A stretch of 64,000 bases of DNA, from contig CAVUWV010000008.1 of NCBI GenBank assembly GCA_963745075.1, positions 416,001 through 480,000 of the forward strand. Direction: 5' to 3'. This document shows positions 51,178 to 59,760 of the stretch, piece after piece (the first letter of the stretch is position 1; each line of letters begins with the position of its first letter). Under the pieces are notes generated by a model. It worked only from the letters and a program-made list of their open reading frames with translations. It had not been told where the DNA came from and did no database searches. Position numbers and translations under genes: made by a program. The DNA is from Candidatus Hydrogenedentota bacterium (GTDB taxonomy: Bacteria; Hydrogenedentota; Hydrogenedentia; Hydrogenedentales; SLHB01).

Positions 51178-52227
51178 TTAGGACCAGTCGCTTTGGACGA
51201 CGACGCGGGCGTCTTTGTAGATCACGGCGAAGTCGGTGACGACCGTGAGGTAGGTGCGGTCCCACTGCTGGTTGATGAGTTTGTCGTTCTCGACGAGCAG
51301 GTCCTGTTCGGTGAGTTTCTGGACCGTGTATCCGGCGTCGAGGATAGTCAGTTTATCCGTGGGCTGATCGACCATGGGAACGAGACGCACGCCGAGTGGA
51401 GTGGGCAGGTTGCCGGTCTTCGCGAAGTCGAAGAGGACGGCATCCTTGAGTTCGGTGAGTCCCAGGATGGTTTGCGCCAGCGCCGAGTTTGCCAGCATGT
51501 GGGTGGGCGTGAAGTACTTGTCCAGCGTCAGGGTCATGAACCCTTTGACGATGTCCGCGTAGGTCCACGTGTCGGCGGTGGCGGTGTTCACCGTGGGCGC
51601 CGCCGTGCCGCTGCCAGACGAATCGCCGCTGACAAGGACCGTGGCCAGGCGCGCATCGAGATTGCGACCGAGGCGTTCGCCGATGCGTTGCAAGTGGACG
51701 CGGAGCATGTCGACGGACATGCGGCGGATGACTTCGTAGGACGCGACCACGCCGCGGCCTTTCTTGTCGAGGCGGACGATGCGGTCGCCGTAGGTGATCT
51801 CCGATTCAGGGATCGCGGCGCCTTCGGCGACGGTGCGCAGTTCCTCTTCGGCGGACGCTTCGTCGACGTAGGGCACATCGTAGGCCGTGCTCGATACGGG
51901 TTCGTCGCGGATGATGAGTTCGGGGTAGACCGGCTTGCGCTTGAGACCGGAAACGACGGCCTCCCGCACGATGTCGGGAAAGAGCCATTTCGCGTTGGGG
52001 TCGCTCTGGAAGAAGCGGTCGACGGTAATGCGGTGTACGTCGACGCCGAATTCCTGGGCGCAGTAGTCGGTAAGGGTGGTGCCGAGGGCGCGAAAGTACT
52101 GCCCGTGGGTCAGGCCGAGGGCGCCGAGGGTGTCGTACAAGTCGTGGCCGCGCGTCTGGCGGAGCCGGTCGGGCTCCTGGCTCAGGAACGCGAGGCGTTC
52201 TTTGACGTTGTCGTCGCGGTAGGGCAT
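51178..52227 (-). CDS. Major capsid protein (HK97 fold)
   Basis: LFPDIV, VAEGAAIPE, K.GRGVVASYEVIRR, TPLGV; 349 aa; capsid position in the cluster. Confidence 0.88.
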   Translation of the reverse strand: MPYRDDNVKERLAFLSQEPDRLRQTRGHDLYDTLGALGLTHGQYFRALGTTLTDYCAQEFGVDVHRITVDRFFQSDPNAKWLFPDIVREAVVSGLKRKPVYPELIIRDEPVSSTAYDVPYVDEASAEEELRTVAEGAAIPESEITYGDRIVRLDKKGRGVVASYEVIRRMSVDMLRVHLQRIGERLGRNLDARLATVLVSGDSSGSGTAAPTVNTATADTWTYADIVKGFMTLTLDKYFTPTHMLANSALAQTILGLTELKDAVLFDFAKTGNLPTPLGVRLVPMVDQPTDKLTILDAGYTVQKLTEQDLLVENDKLINQQWDRTYLTVVTDFAVIYKDARVVVQSDWS

Positions 52228-52336
52228 GTGGGATTCCTTTGTTATTGGCTCGCGCTTTGCGCTCGCATGGGATCGATTACGAGTACGATTACGAGCACGA
52301 GAAGAAGATGGAGGTTAATGATGAGGTTGAGTTGGT

Positions 52337-52717
52337 TTAGAGCAGAACGTGAACCTTGCTTGCTCCGCTGTCGACTTTGAGGTTGCGGCCGACGCCGTTG
52401 CCGGAGGCGGGGGCTTTGACGGTGCCGTCGGTGGCGGAGGCGAGAATGCCGGCCTCGCCGTCGACGGTGGGCGCGGAGCCCGTGTAGGTGAAGATGCAAA
52501 TGCCACGGACCTTGATGGGAATTGCGACGCCGTTGTCGTCGGCGTCCGCCAGGGCTTGGCCGAAGACCACGTCTTCGTCGTCGGTGGCATTGTTCACTTC
52601 ATAGGCGCCGGTGAGCTTGACGGCGTCGCCCGCGGCGATGTCGATGGTGCCGCTGGCGGGGGTTTTGCAGGTGATGACGAGTTCGGTGACCGAACCGCCT
52701 ACGTCTCCGTATGCCAT
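52337..52717 (-). CDS. Capsid decoration/cement protein (DUF2190-like)
   Basis: 126 aa, Gly/Ala-rich; IAAGDAVK, FGQALADA, V.VRG; adjacent to the capsid gene. Confidence 0.65.
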   Translation of the reverse strand: MAYGDVGGSVTELVITCKTPASGTIDIAAGDAVKLTGAYEVNNATDDEDVVFGQALADADDNGVAIPIKVRGICIFTYTGSAPTVDGEAGILASATDGTVKAPASGNGVGRNLKVDSGASKVHVLL

Positions 52718-52787
52718 TTTGCGTCTCCTTGTTTGATCACTTCGGTGTGGGCTTCTCTATGCTTGCGCCTATCTGGGCGATGGGTTA

Positions 52788-52811
52788 GGCGGGTTGGAAA
52801 ACCCGCCCTCC
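52788..52811. repeat. REP-like palindrome, family C, second copy
   Basis: Identical to 46450-46473. Confidence 0.75.
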
Positions 52812-52960
52812 TTTGAGGGACGAAAGGGACCTAAAGGACGGGGAGAAAACCGACGCGCTGCTCGATGTCCCCTTGGTCCTTTTGGTCGTTTGGGTCCTTT
52901 GGATTGGGAGAGGCCCAGTCCTATGGTCCTCATCGATTAGCGCCGCGCGTTGCACTGCGG

Positions 52961-53656
52961 TTACGCCGGGTCGCGGAGGATCGTCATGGCGCGATTTTGG
53001 TCTCGCGTGGTCTGTGTCAGCGGCTCCGGTCTGGATGTGGGGCTCGGGGGATATTTGTTGTCGAACCGGATCTCGTAGGCGCGGAGGTGGACATGGATCT
53101 CGTCGAGGGAGAGTTGGGCGAGGGTCCGGCGCCAGAGCGTGTCGTCGAAGGACGGGCCGTCGAGTTCGCGGCCGAGCCCGCAGAAACGTTCGATGGCGCG
53201 GGTGCGGGCGGTTGCGCCGTCGGTGATGAGGCGAGCGGCGTCGTGTTCGCGCGCGCCGGCTTCGTCCAGGGCGTGGCGGATGTCCCGGACGGCGGCGGGG
53301 GGCAGGCCGTCGACGCGGCGTGCGCGGATGACGCGGGATTCGCCGTTGCTGTGGAGGACAAGGGCGCGCTCGTCTTCGGTGGATTCAAGCCAGTGGTAGG
53401 TGCCTGCTTCGAGGCAAATGGCGTCGCCGGGCTGGTTGAGCCAGCGGAGATCGTGGGGCGCTTTTTCGGTCGCCCAGGGCTTGCCGTCGAGAGCGGTGGC
53501 GTCGATGCGCCAGCCGGTGAGGCAATCGCCGAATTCGAGGCGCAGATCGAGGTGGGCGCCGATGGCGTCGCGGTGGCGGTGGATGACGTAGCGGCCGTCT
53601 GGGGTGGTTGGGCGCAACGTGGAATCGGGGGTTTCGGTGGTGAGGGTCCAGTACAT
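52961..53656 (-). CDS. LigD 3'-phosphoesterase-like domain fused to a helical, scaffold-like C-terminus
   Basis: RYVIHRH..., HLDLRLE, W, APHD and GTY match the LigD PE pattern; sits in the scaffold position; AAGGA RBS before the ATG at 53656. Confidence 0.6.
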   Translation of the reverse strand: MYWTLTTETPDSTLRPTTPDGRYVIHRHRDAIGAHLDLRLEFGDCLTGWRIDATALDGKPWATEKAPHDLRWLNQPGDAICLEAGTYHWLESTEDERALVLHSNGESRVIRARRVDGLPPAAVRDIRHALDEAGAREHDAARLITDGATARTRAIERFCGLGRELDGPSFDDTLWRRTLAQLSLDEIHVHLRAYEIRFDNKYPPSPTSRPEPLTQTTRDQNRAMTILRDPA

Positions 53657-53739
53657 TGAGGGGGTCCTTTTTTGGGTGGGCGGCGGCAGAAACACGGACT
53701 TACACGGACAGCCACGGACGGGCACGGACCAATGCGGCT

Positions 53740-53952
53740 TTACGCGTGAAGCAGCTGCTGGCCGAGGGAAATGACCACCGCGACGAGGTTGGCGACAAGG
53801 AGGAGGACGCCTCGTGCGAGCGTGGTTTCGAGGTCTTGGACCCGCGCTTTCAGTTCCTTGATGTCTTCGGCGAGGTTGTTGACCTGAATCTCGTAGACGA
53901 TGCCGTATGGGCAGCGTTCCGTGTCGCAGGGGGCGGTTGCGTTGCTATTCAT
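53740..53952 (-). CDS. Small coiled-coil protein with a C-terminal TM segment (XhlA/BhlA-like holin candidate)
   Basis: 70 aa: heptad LAEDIKELKARVQDLE followed by hydrophobic GVLLLVANLVAVVISL; its start overlaps the protease stop. Confidence 0.5.
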   Translation of the reverse strand: MNSNATAPCDTERCPYGIVYEIQVNNLAEDIKELKARVQDLETTLARGVLLLVANLVAVVISLGQQLLHA

Positions 53953-54644
53953 GGGACCACCATTTGCGGGGGCAAAGTTCGATGGGTTCGTGGTAGGCGT
54001 CGCGGGCGACTTTGAGAGCTTGGTCGAGGGGGAGCGTGCGTTTGGCGCGTTCGGCTGCGACGAAGCCGGTGCCCTGCGAACCGGAGGAGACGACGGAGCC
54101 TTCAATAACTTCGAGGACGTTGCGCATGATGTAGTGGCATTGGTGATCTCCGTAGGTCTTGCCGGGGACGTGGTCGCAAGTGCGGAGGTCTTTTGCGCAG
54201 ATCGAGCATTCGGGTGTTTCGAAGGAAAAGCCGATGGAGGTCTCGCGATACACGCCGCCCTCGATGTTCAGGATGAAGTCGGCGTTGTCCTGGGTGCGGA
54301 GCACGTAGAACGTCGGGCCGCACGGCGACGCGCGCGCCGTCGTGATGGAGCTGGGATCGGAAGAAAGTGCCGCGCGGCAACGAACCGCGCAGATCGTGGC
54401 GCTCCATCAGCGGACGGCCTGGGGTCATGGCGCTGATCGTTTCGAGTTCGTCGTCGGGGAAGCGGCTGTGGTGCCGGTCGATCTGGTTGTGGCAGAGGTC
54501 GAGGGTGAAGACCGCGAACTCGTGCGGTTCGAGGGGGCGCAGGGCGAAGCGGTTGACCTCAGCGGCGCTGCTGTCGTCATCGGCGCGGGCGCGGACGGCG
54601 ATGAGGGCGCCTTCGCGGCGGAATACAAAGGGATCGAGATCCAT
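53945..54644 (-). CDS. Prohead (capsid maturation) protease, 1-nt frameshift near 54310
   Basis: NQIDRHHSRF, ERHD (His), ETSIGF (Ser), CSIC..C.H Zn motif, EGSVV; located between portal and capsid. Confidence 0.75.
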
Positions 54645-54681
54645 GGCGGTGCTCCGTGTTGTTGTCGGGTAGTCACTGACC

Positions 54682-54858
54682 GGAAAAACAGGGACAGACA
54701 CCAATTGCCGTTGGAAGTTTGGGTGAGGCAAACGTTCTTGGGGCAATTTGAGTCAGTCCCCATTTTTCCAAGGGGCATACATGGGGACACCTGTCGGCCC
54801 GGTGGACATATACTTATTGATTATTCAGGGGCTAACGAGTGCCCCCATGTATGACCCT
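54682..54858. repeat. Two adjacent inverted-repeat elements
   Basis: GGAAAAACAGGGACAGACACCAATTGCC / GGCAATTTGAGTCAGTCCCCATTTTTCC, and AGGGGCATACATGGGGACAC / GTGCCCCCATGTATGACCCT. Confidence 0.65.
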
Positions 54859-54899
54859 TGCGATTGCGGATTGCGGACTTCGAATTGCAGATCGGAAGA

Positions 54900-55057
54900 A
54901 CATCCCCCTTGATCCCCCTTCAAAGGGGGAGTTCGGCCAGCGTCGTCTATTAGTATGTGCGCGGTGACATGCTCCGAACCGAATTCTTTTGGCGAACCTA
55001 ACGCAACGCGAAGCGTTGTGGGAGATTCCCCCTTTGAAGGGGAATTAAGGGGGATGT
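54900..55057. repeat. REP doublet (REPIN-like), family E
   Basis: ACATCCCCCTTGATCCCCCTTCAAAGGGGGA and TCCCCCTTTGAAGGGGAATTAAGGGGGATGT. Confidence 0.8.
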
Positions 55058-55064
55058 GCATTTC

Positions 55065-56324
55065 CTATCCGATGCCGAGGGTTTTGGCGGCTTCTTCGTG
55101 GGTGAGGAAACCGTTTTCGCGGAGTTGGACGGCGTTGGCGATCTCGCGCTGGCGGGCGGTGGCTTCTTTGAGCACGTCGACGGTGCGGTTGGCGCGCACA
55201 TGGACGCGGGCCTCGGCGTAACCCCACATGAGCGCGAGTTCGAAGTTGTAGAGCCGTTCGAGGATGCGTTTGACGCTGCGGTTGACGGCCTCAACGTGGC
55301 GGTTGATGATTTCGAACTGGGCGGTGCCGTAGGTTTCGGTGGTGCCGTAGTTGCGGCCGAGGAGGATCGGCATGAGGTGCATGCCGGTGATCACCTGTTC
55401 CTCGATGGCCTTGTGGTTGTCGTAAAAGATCTGCGCGTGTTGGTCGCCGCGAATGAGATTGACGCGCACGTTGTCGAAGGTGACGAAATTCTGATCCGCT
55501 TCGAGTCCGGACAAGCGATCCCGCAGCAGATCGAAGTTGCCCTGGATGCGTTCTTCATAGGCCTCGGCGGATTCGCCGCGGGCGCGTTCGTCGGCGGTGT
55601 ATTGGACGTGGAGTTTGGACCAGCCGGCGTTGTGGGTGGCTTTGGCCATATCTTCGAGGAGGCGCTGCTGGATCTTCACGACGAAGGGGATAGACCGCAG
55701 CATGGAGCGGCCGTAGGGATTGGTGCCGTCGCGATCGAGACCGACGTAGATGAACCGTTCGGGCGGCAAGGGGATGGCCTCGCCGTCGAGGATCTGGTAG
55801 GGCCGGAGAAGCCCGTCCTCACGGCGGAAGCGAACGGTCCAGACGTCGACGGGGAGGACGTCGAAGATGGATTCGCGGCTCTGAGAAAGCACGATCTCGA
55901 CCGCGGCGGCACCGTAGGTGAAGAGCGAGGTGTAAAACACATCGAGGAGACCGTCCATGCCGCGGTCGCCGGAATTCACGCGCCTGTCGAGTTCGTGGAG
56001 GAGGCGTTGCGCGCGGCGTTTGGCGGCGTCGGACGACGGGTTGAGGATCTCGATGTCGTAGCCGGTCTGGCAGAGGCGTTTCCAGGTCCAGACGGCGTCG
56101 GAGATGTCGGGGATGGCGTCGCGCAGGAAGCGGTAGACCTGGAGCATGCCGAAGGGCGTATCGTTGGGGAGGGCGACGAACTCGCGGGGAATGCCCTGAA
56201 AGGCGCGCTGGTCTTCGGCGAGGGACGCGGGGAACAGGGCGCCGCCGCGCTCGCGGGTGGTGAAGGTTTCGGCGCGGGGCGCGGGCTTTGGGGGGCGGCG
56301 GAGGCGTTGGAACCAGTGGAGCAT
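55065..56324 (-). CDS. Phage portal protein
   Basis: About 420 aa; SLFTYGAAAVEIV, VLPVD..TV, NPYGRSML, MPILLG, C-terminal G.LT.EEA...LG; first gene of the head module. Confidence 0.82.
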   Translation of the reverse strand: MLHWFQRLRRPPKPAPRAETFTTRERGGALFPASLAEDQRAFQGIPREFVALPNDTPFGMLQVYRFLRDAIPDISDAVWTWKRLCQTGYDIEILNPSSDAAKRRAQRLLHELDRRVNSGDRGMDGLLDVFYTSLFTYGAAAVEIVLSQSRESIFDVLPVDVWTVRFRREDGLLRPYQILDGEAIPLPPERFIYVGLDRDGTNPYGRSMLRSIPFVVKIQQRLLEDMAKATHNAGWSKLHVQYTADERARGESAEAYEERIQGNFDLLRDRLSGLEADQNFVTFDNVRVNLIRGDQHAQIFYDNHKAIEEQVITGMHLMPILLGRNYGTTETYGTAQFEIINRHVEAVNRSVKRILERLYNFELALMWGYAEARVHVRANRTVDVLKEATARQREIANAVQLRENGFLTHEEAAKTLGIG

Positions 56325-56595
56325 ATCGGGGTGATCCTCAGGTGTTGGTTTCATTGGTTAGGCACGGGGCGTTGCATGGAGAAGGCTGGAGACCGGAGTC
56401 CGGAGGCTGGAAGGGACAGAGGCGCAGCCAGGACATAGGTAACAGACTCGGACTGACACGGACGACCGAGACGGCCGCATGCTGGTGCTAGTGCTTGGGT
56501 AGGTGATGGGGTCGAAAAGATTTGGGAAATGGCTCATAATTAGAGGATTCCTTTGGGATATGACCGTGGAGGGCTGGATAGTGCGGTGGATTCGA

Positions 56596-59500
56596 ATGAC
56601 GTGGTGTTTGGTGGCGGCGGTTGGCGTAGCGCTGGCGGCGGTGGGCCAGGAGGGGAACGTCAAGGCGTGGGAAGGGGAAATCACCATTCCCACGTATCCC
56701 ATCTATGGCGCGGACGTGAATCCGAAGATTTACGAGCTGGAAGGGTCCATCGTCTACCCTTACACGATGCAAGACCATTTGACGACGATCAAGGAGGACC
56801 GGACGTACCGGGCGGTCTGCCTGGAAAACGAGTATCTGAAGGTGACGTGTTTGCCGCAGCTCGGGGGCCGCATCCATTCCGTGCTCGACAAGACGACCGG
56901 CGAGCAGATGTTTCACCTGAACCACGTGATCAAACCGGGGCTGATCGCCATGCGGGGGGCGTGGATCTCGGGCGGGATCGAATGGAACCGGGGACCGCAG
57001 GGACATACGGTGACGAGTTTCGCGCCGGTCAACGTCACGTCACGGCCGAACCCGGACGGGTCGGCGTCGCTGGTGATTGGGTATACGGAGGCGAATTTTC
57101 ACACGCGGTGGAACGTCACGCTGACGTTGCGGCCGGGCAAGGCCTATTTGGACGAAGCCATCCGCATTTACAACCCGACCGACGGCACGCACAGCTTTTA
57201 TTTCTGGAACAACACGGCGTTCCCGTGCGAGCCTGGGACGCGGTTTATCTATCCCATGACGCTGGGGACGGACCATGCGGGCACGACGTTCTTTCATTGG
57301 CCGATCGACAACGGACGCGATTTGACGTGGCTGAAGAACTACGATAAGCCCACATCGGTGTTCGCGTACGAGTGCGCCTTCGATTTCTTTGGCGCGTACG
57401 ACGTGGACCGCGATCGCGGAATCGTGCAGTACGGGAATCATGAAATCGTTACGGGCAAGAAGGCGTGGACTTGGGGGCAGTCGGGTGACGGGCTGGCGAG
57501 CCAGGCGGCGTTGACGGACGATGACGGTCCGTATATCGAGGTGCAAAGTGGGCCGTTGCGGACGCAAGCGGACTACGGACTGTTGGGGCCGCACGAAGAG
57601 ATTGCCTGGCGGGAGTGGTGGTATCCCGTGCACGGGTTGGGCGACGGGTTCGAGTACGCGACGCAGGACGCGGCGGTGCAGACCTACCGCAACGATGGCG
57701 ATCTCGAGGTGCGGGTGCTGACGACCGGCGTGTACGACGGCGCAAAATGCACGTTTTCGCGGGACGGCCAGACGATTGGCGCGAATGCGGTGGACCTGTC
57801 GCCCATGAAACCGGTGGTGATGAAGCAGGCAGGGGCAGCGGACCGACCGGTGCAGATTCGCGTCGAAAGCGCAGCCGGCGCGGTGCTCGCCGAGTACACG
57901 TCGCCGCTGCCGATTCCGGAGCGGACGCCGCCGGCGAAGACGGAAGCCGATCCGGTCGATACGGCAGAGGAAGCGTGGCTGGAAGGCGTCACTGCGGAGG
58001 AACGCATCCAACGCACCAACGCGCGGGCAGCCTACGAACGGGCGCTGACGTTTGACCCCGGATTCGTGCCGGCGTTGCGGTCGCTGGCCGTGCTGGATCT
58101 CGAGGCCGGATTGTACGACGACGCGGCGGAAGGACTGGAACAGGCACTGAAACGGAACCCGGAAGACGGGATGTCGTGGTATTACCTTGGCGTCGCGCGG
58201 CTGAAACAGGACCGGTTGGACGAAGCGGAGTCCTGCGGATACCGCGTAATCGACCAACTGGACGAGCGGTCGTTGGGATACGATCTGGTCGGGCGGGCCT
58301 TGATGCGGCAAGGAAAATACGCGGACGCCGTGCCTGCATTCAGGCAGGCGATGACGTTGAACCCGACGGATTCGCGCGCACGGGATCATTGGTTGACGGC
58401 ATTACACGGCGCGGGCGAACACCAACAATTGCTGGACGGGGTTGCCGCCGCGCACGCCGCGGATCCCTTGGACTTCGTGACCGGCGCGCTGGTTGCGCTG
58501 CAAGATCCGAGTTATTTGCCCGGTTTCATCGACGAGATGAAAGGGACGATGGGACCGTACCAGTCGGAGATGATCCGGTTGTCGCTCTATTTTGACGATT
58601 TGGGGTTGACCCGTGAGGCGTTTCAGTTGTTGGACGCGGCATACGCGAGATTCGCCCCGGCGGTACACCAGATTACCTACTATCCGGGAAAGCCTCCGGT
58701 GGACCTGCGGGATCGGCCGTTGCCCTGGTACGTGATGGCGTACTACGCGAGCAAGTTGAACTTGCAGAACGAGGAAACGCGCTGTCTGCGCAAATCACAA
58801 ACCGTCTACGGAAACTACGCCTTCCCGTCGCAACCAGTGTACGAGCGCATACTGAAACATGCGATCGAGAAGAATCCCGAGGATTCGCGGGCACATTTGT
58901 ATCTCGGCAACCTGTACGGGGGCCTTGGGCGCTTGGACGAGGCCAAAGCGGAATGGGAAGCGGCGGCGGCACTACCGGGCGCGCTCAGCGTCGCGTACCG
59001 GAATCTCGGTTTGTACGCGTGGAAGAAGGACGAGGACCTGTCGAAGGCGGAAAGACTGTACCAGCAGGCGATTGCGGCTTTCCCGGGGGATCAAACCTTA
59101 TACCGCGATGAGGCGAATATCCTGATCGCCGACAAAAAGCCGGACGAAGCGATTGCGGTCCTGGAAGGCATGCCGTTGAATCGGGCGCGGCGCGGTGACG
59201 TGACGGTATTGCTGGCGCGGACGTATAACGACGTGCACCGGTACGACGACACGATCGCGTTGCTGGACGACGCTTTCTTCTCGAACTGGGAGAACAACAG
59301 CCTATCATGGCGCGTGTGGTCACAGGCACATGTCGAGCGCGGCAAACAGCGGATGGACGCGGGTGACGCGAAATCCGCGCTGACGGATTTTGAAGCGGCG
59401 TTGACCTATCCCGAGAATCTCGGCGTGGGCCGTCCGGCGGACCCGGAAGAAGCGGAGGTCTTGTTCTGGAAGGGCAAGGCCTTGGCTGCGCTGAACCGGA

Positions 59501-59616
59501 TGGATGAAGCGAAGGCGACGTGGCAGTCCGGCGCGGGCGGCCACGCAGGCTCGGATACACAGAACGAGTATGTGAAGCGGTGCAAGGAGGCACTGGCGGC
59601 GGGCGCGCAGGCGTAG
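56596..59616 (+). CDS. DUF5107 domain and TPR repeat protein (start uncertain)
   Basis: LENEYLKV..LPQLGGRI, KPGLIAMRGAWISGGIEWN, GKKAWTWG, LTDDDGPYIEVQSG, followed by TPR repeats. Confidence 0.85.
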   Translation: MTWCLVAAVGVALAAVGQEGNVKAWEGEITIPTYPIYGADVNPKIYELEGSIVYPYTMQDHLTTIKEDRTYRAVCLENEYLKVTCLPQLGGRIHSVLDKTTGEQMFHLNHVIKPGLIAMRGAWISGGIEWNRGPQGHTVTSFAPVNVTSRPNPDGSASLVIGYTEANFHTRWNVTLTLRPGKAYLDEAIRIYNPTDGTHSFYFWNNTAFPCEPGTRFIYPMTLGTDHAGTTFFHWPIDNGRDLTWLKNYDKPTSVFAYECAFDFFGAYDVDRDRGIVQYGNHEIVTGKKAWTWGQSGDGLASQAALTDDDGPYIEVQSGPLRTQADYGLLGPHEEIAWREWWYPVHGLGDGFEYATQDAAVQTYRNDGDLEVRVLTTGVYDGAKCTFSRDGQTIGANAVDLSPMKPVVMKQAGAADRPVQIRVESAAGAVLAEYTSPLPIPERTPPAKTEADPVDTAEEAWLEGVTAEERIQRTNARAAYERALTFDPGFVPALRSLAVLDLEAGLYDDAAEGLEQALKRNPEDGMSWYYLGVARLKQDRLDEAESCGYRVIDQLDERSLGYDLVGRALMRQGKYADAVPAFRQAMTLNPTDSRARDHWLTALHGAGEHQQLLDGVAAAHAADPLDFVTGALVALQDPSYLPGFIDEMKGTMGPYQSEMIRLSLYFDDLGLTREAFQLLDAAYARFAPAVHQITYYPGKPPVDLRDRPLPWYVMAYYASKLNLQNEETRCLRKSQTVYGNYAFPSQPVYERILKHAIEKNPEDSRAHLYLGNLYGGLGRLDEAKAEWEAAAALPGALSVAYRNLGLYAWKKDEDLSKAERLYQQAIAAFPGDQTLYRDEANILIADKKPDEAIAVLEGMPLNRARRGDVTVLLARTYNDVHRYDDTIALLDDAFFSNWENNSLSWRVWSQAHVERGKQRMDAGDAKSALTDFEAALTYPENLGVGRPADPEEAEVLFWKGKALAALNRMDEAKATWQSGAGGHAGSDTQNEYVKRCKEALAAGAQA

Positions 59617-59760
59617 AAGAAACCTGCACGGACGAACGCGGACGATCGGGCGCGATACTGGCTGCGAGAACACGAGAGACATAGGATTCGAGAGAACCGG
59701 CGCGGGCGGTGAATGACCGTAAGCGGCTCCCGCGGCAAGCCGGTTCCCTGATGATGGAAC

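Larger units (their letters stand above)
47063..56324 (-). mobile_element. Phage-derived structural gene cluster; domesticated, GTA-like candidate with no integrase, terminase or replication genes seen
   Basis: Eleven co-oriented genes in head-to-tail siphovirus order, flanked by host metabolic genes and interrupted by host REP-like repeats. Confidence 0.75.

Noticed and set aside
54295..54320. Prohead protease frameshift as evidence of prophage decay or recoding
   Set aside because: A single extra base (GACGTTCTACGTG against the expected D-V-Y-V) matches the background error pattern. It cannot be treated as real without reads.
47063..56324. Intact prophage, PICI/satellite, tailocin/contractile injection system or encapsulin
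   Set aside because: No integrase, primase, regulator or terminase (against prophage or PICI). No sheath or tube, and a head is present (against tailocin or CIS). Portal, protease and baseplate genes are present (against encapsulin).
44365..56470. CACGGAC, CGATTA and AAGGAC short arrays as CRISPR repeats
   Set aside because: Units are 6-9 nt, degenerate, lack unique spacers, and no cas genes are present.
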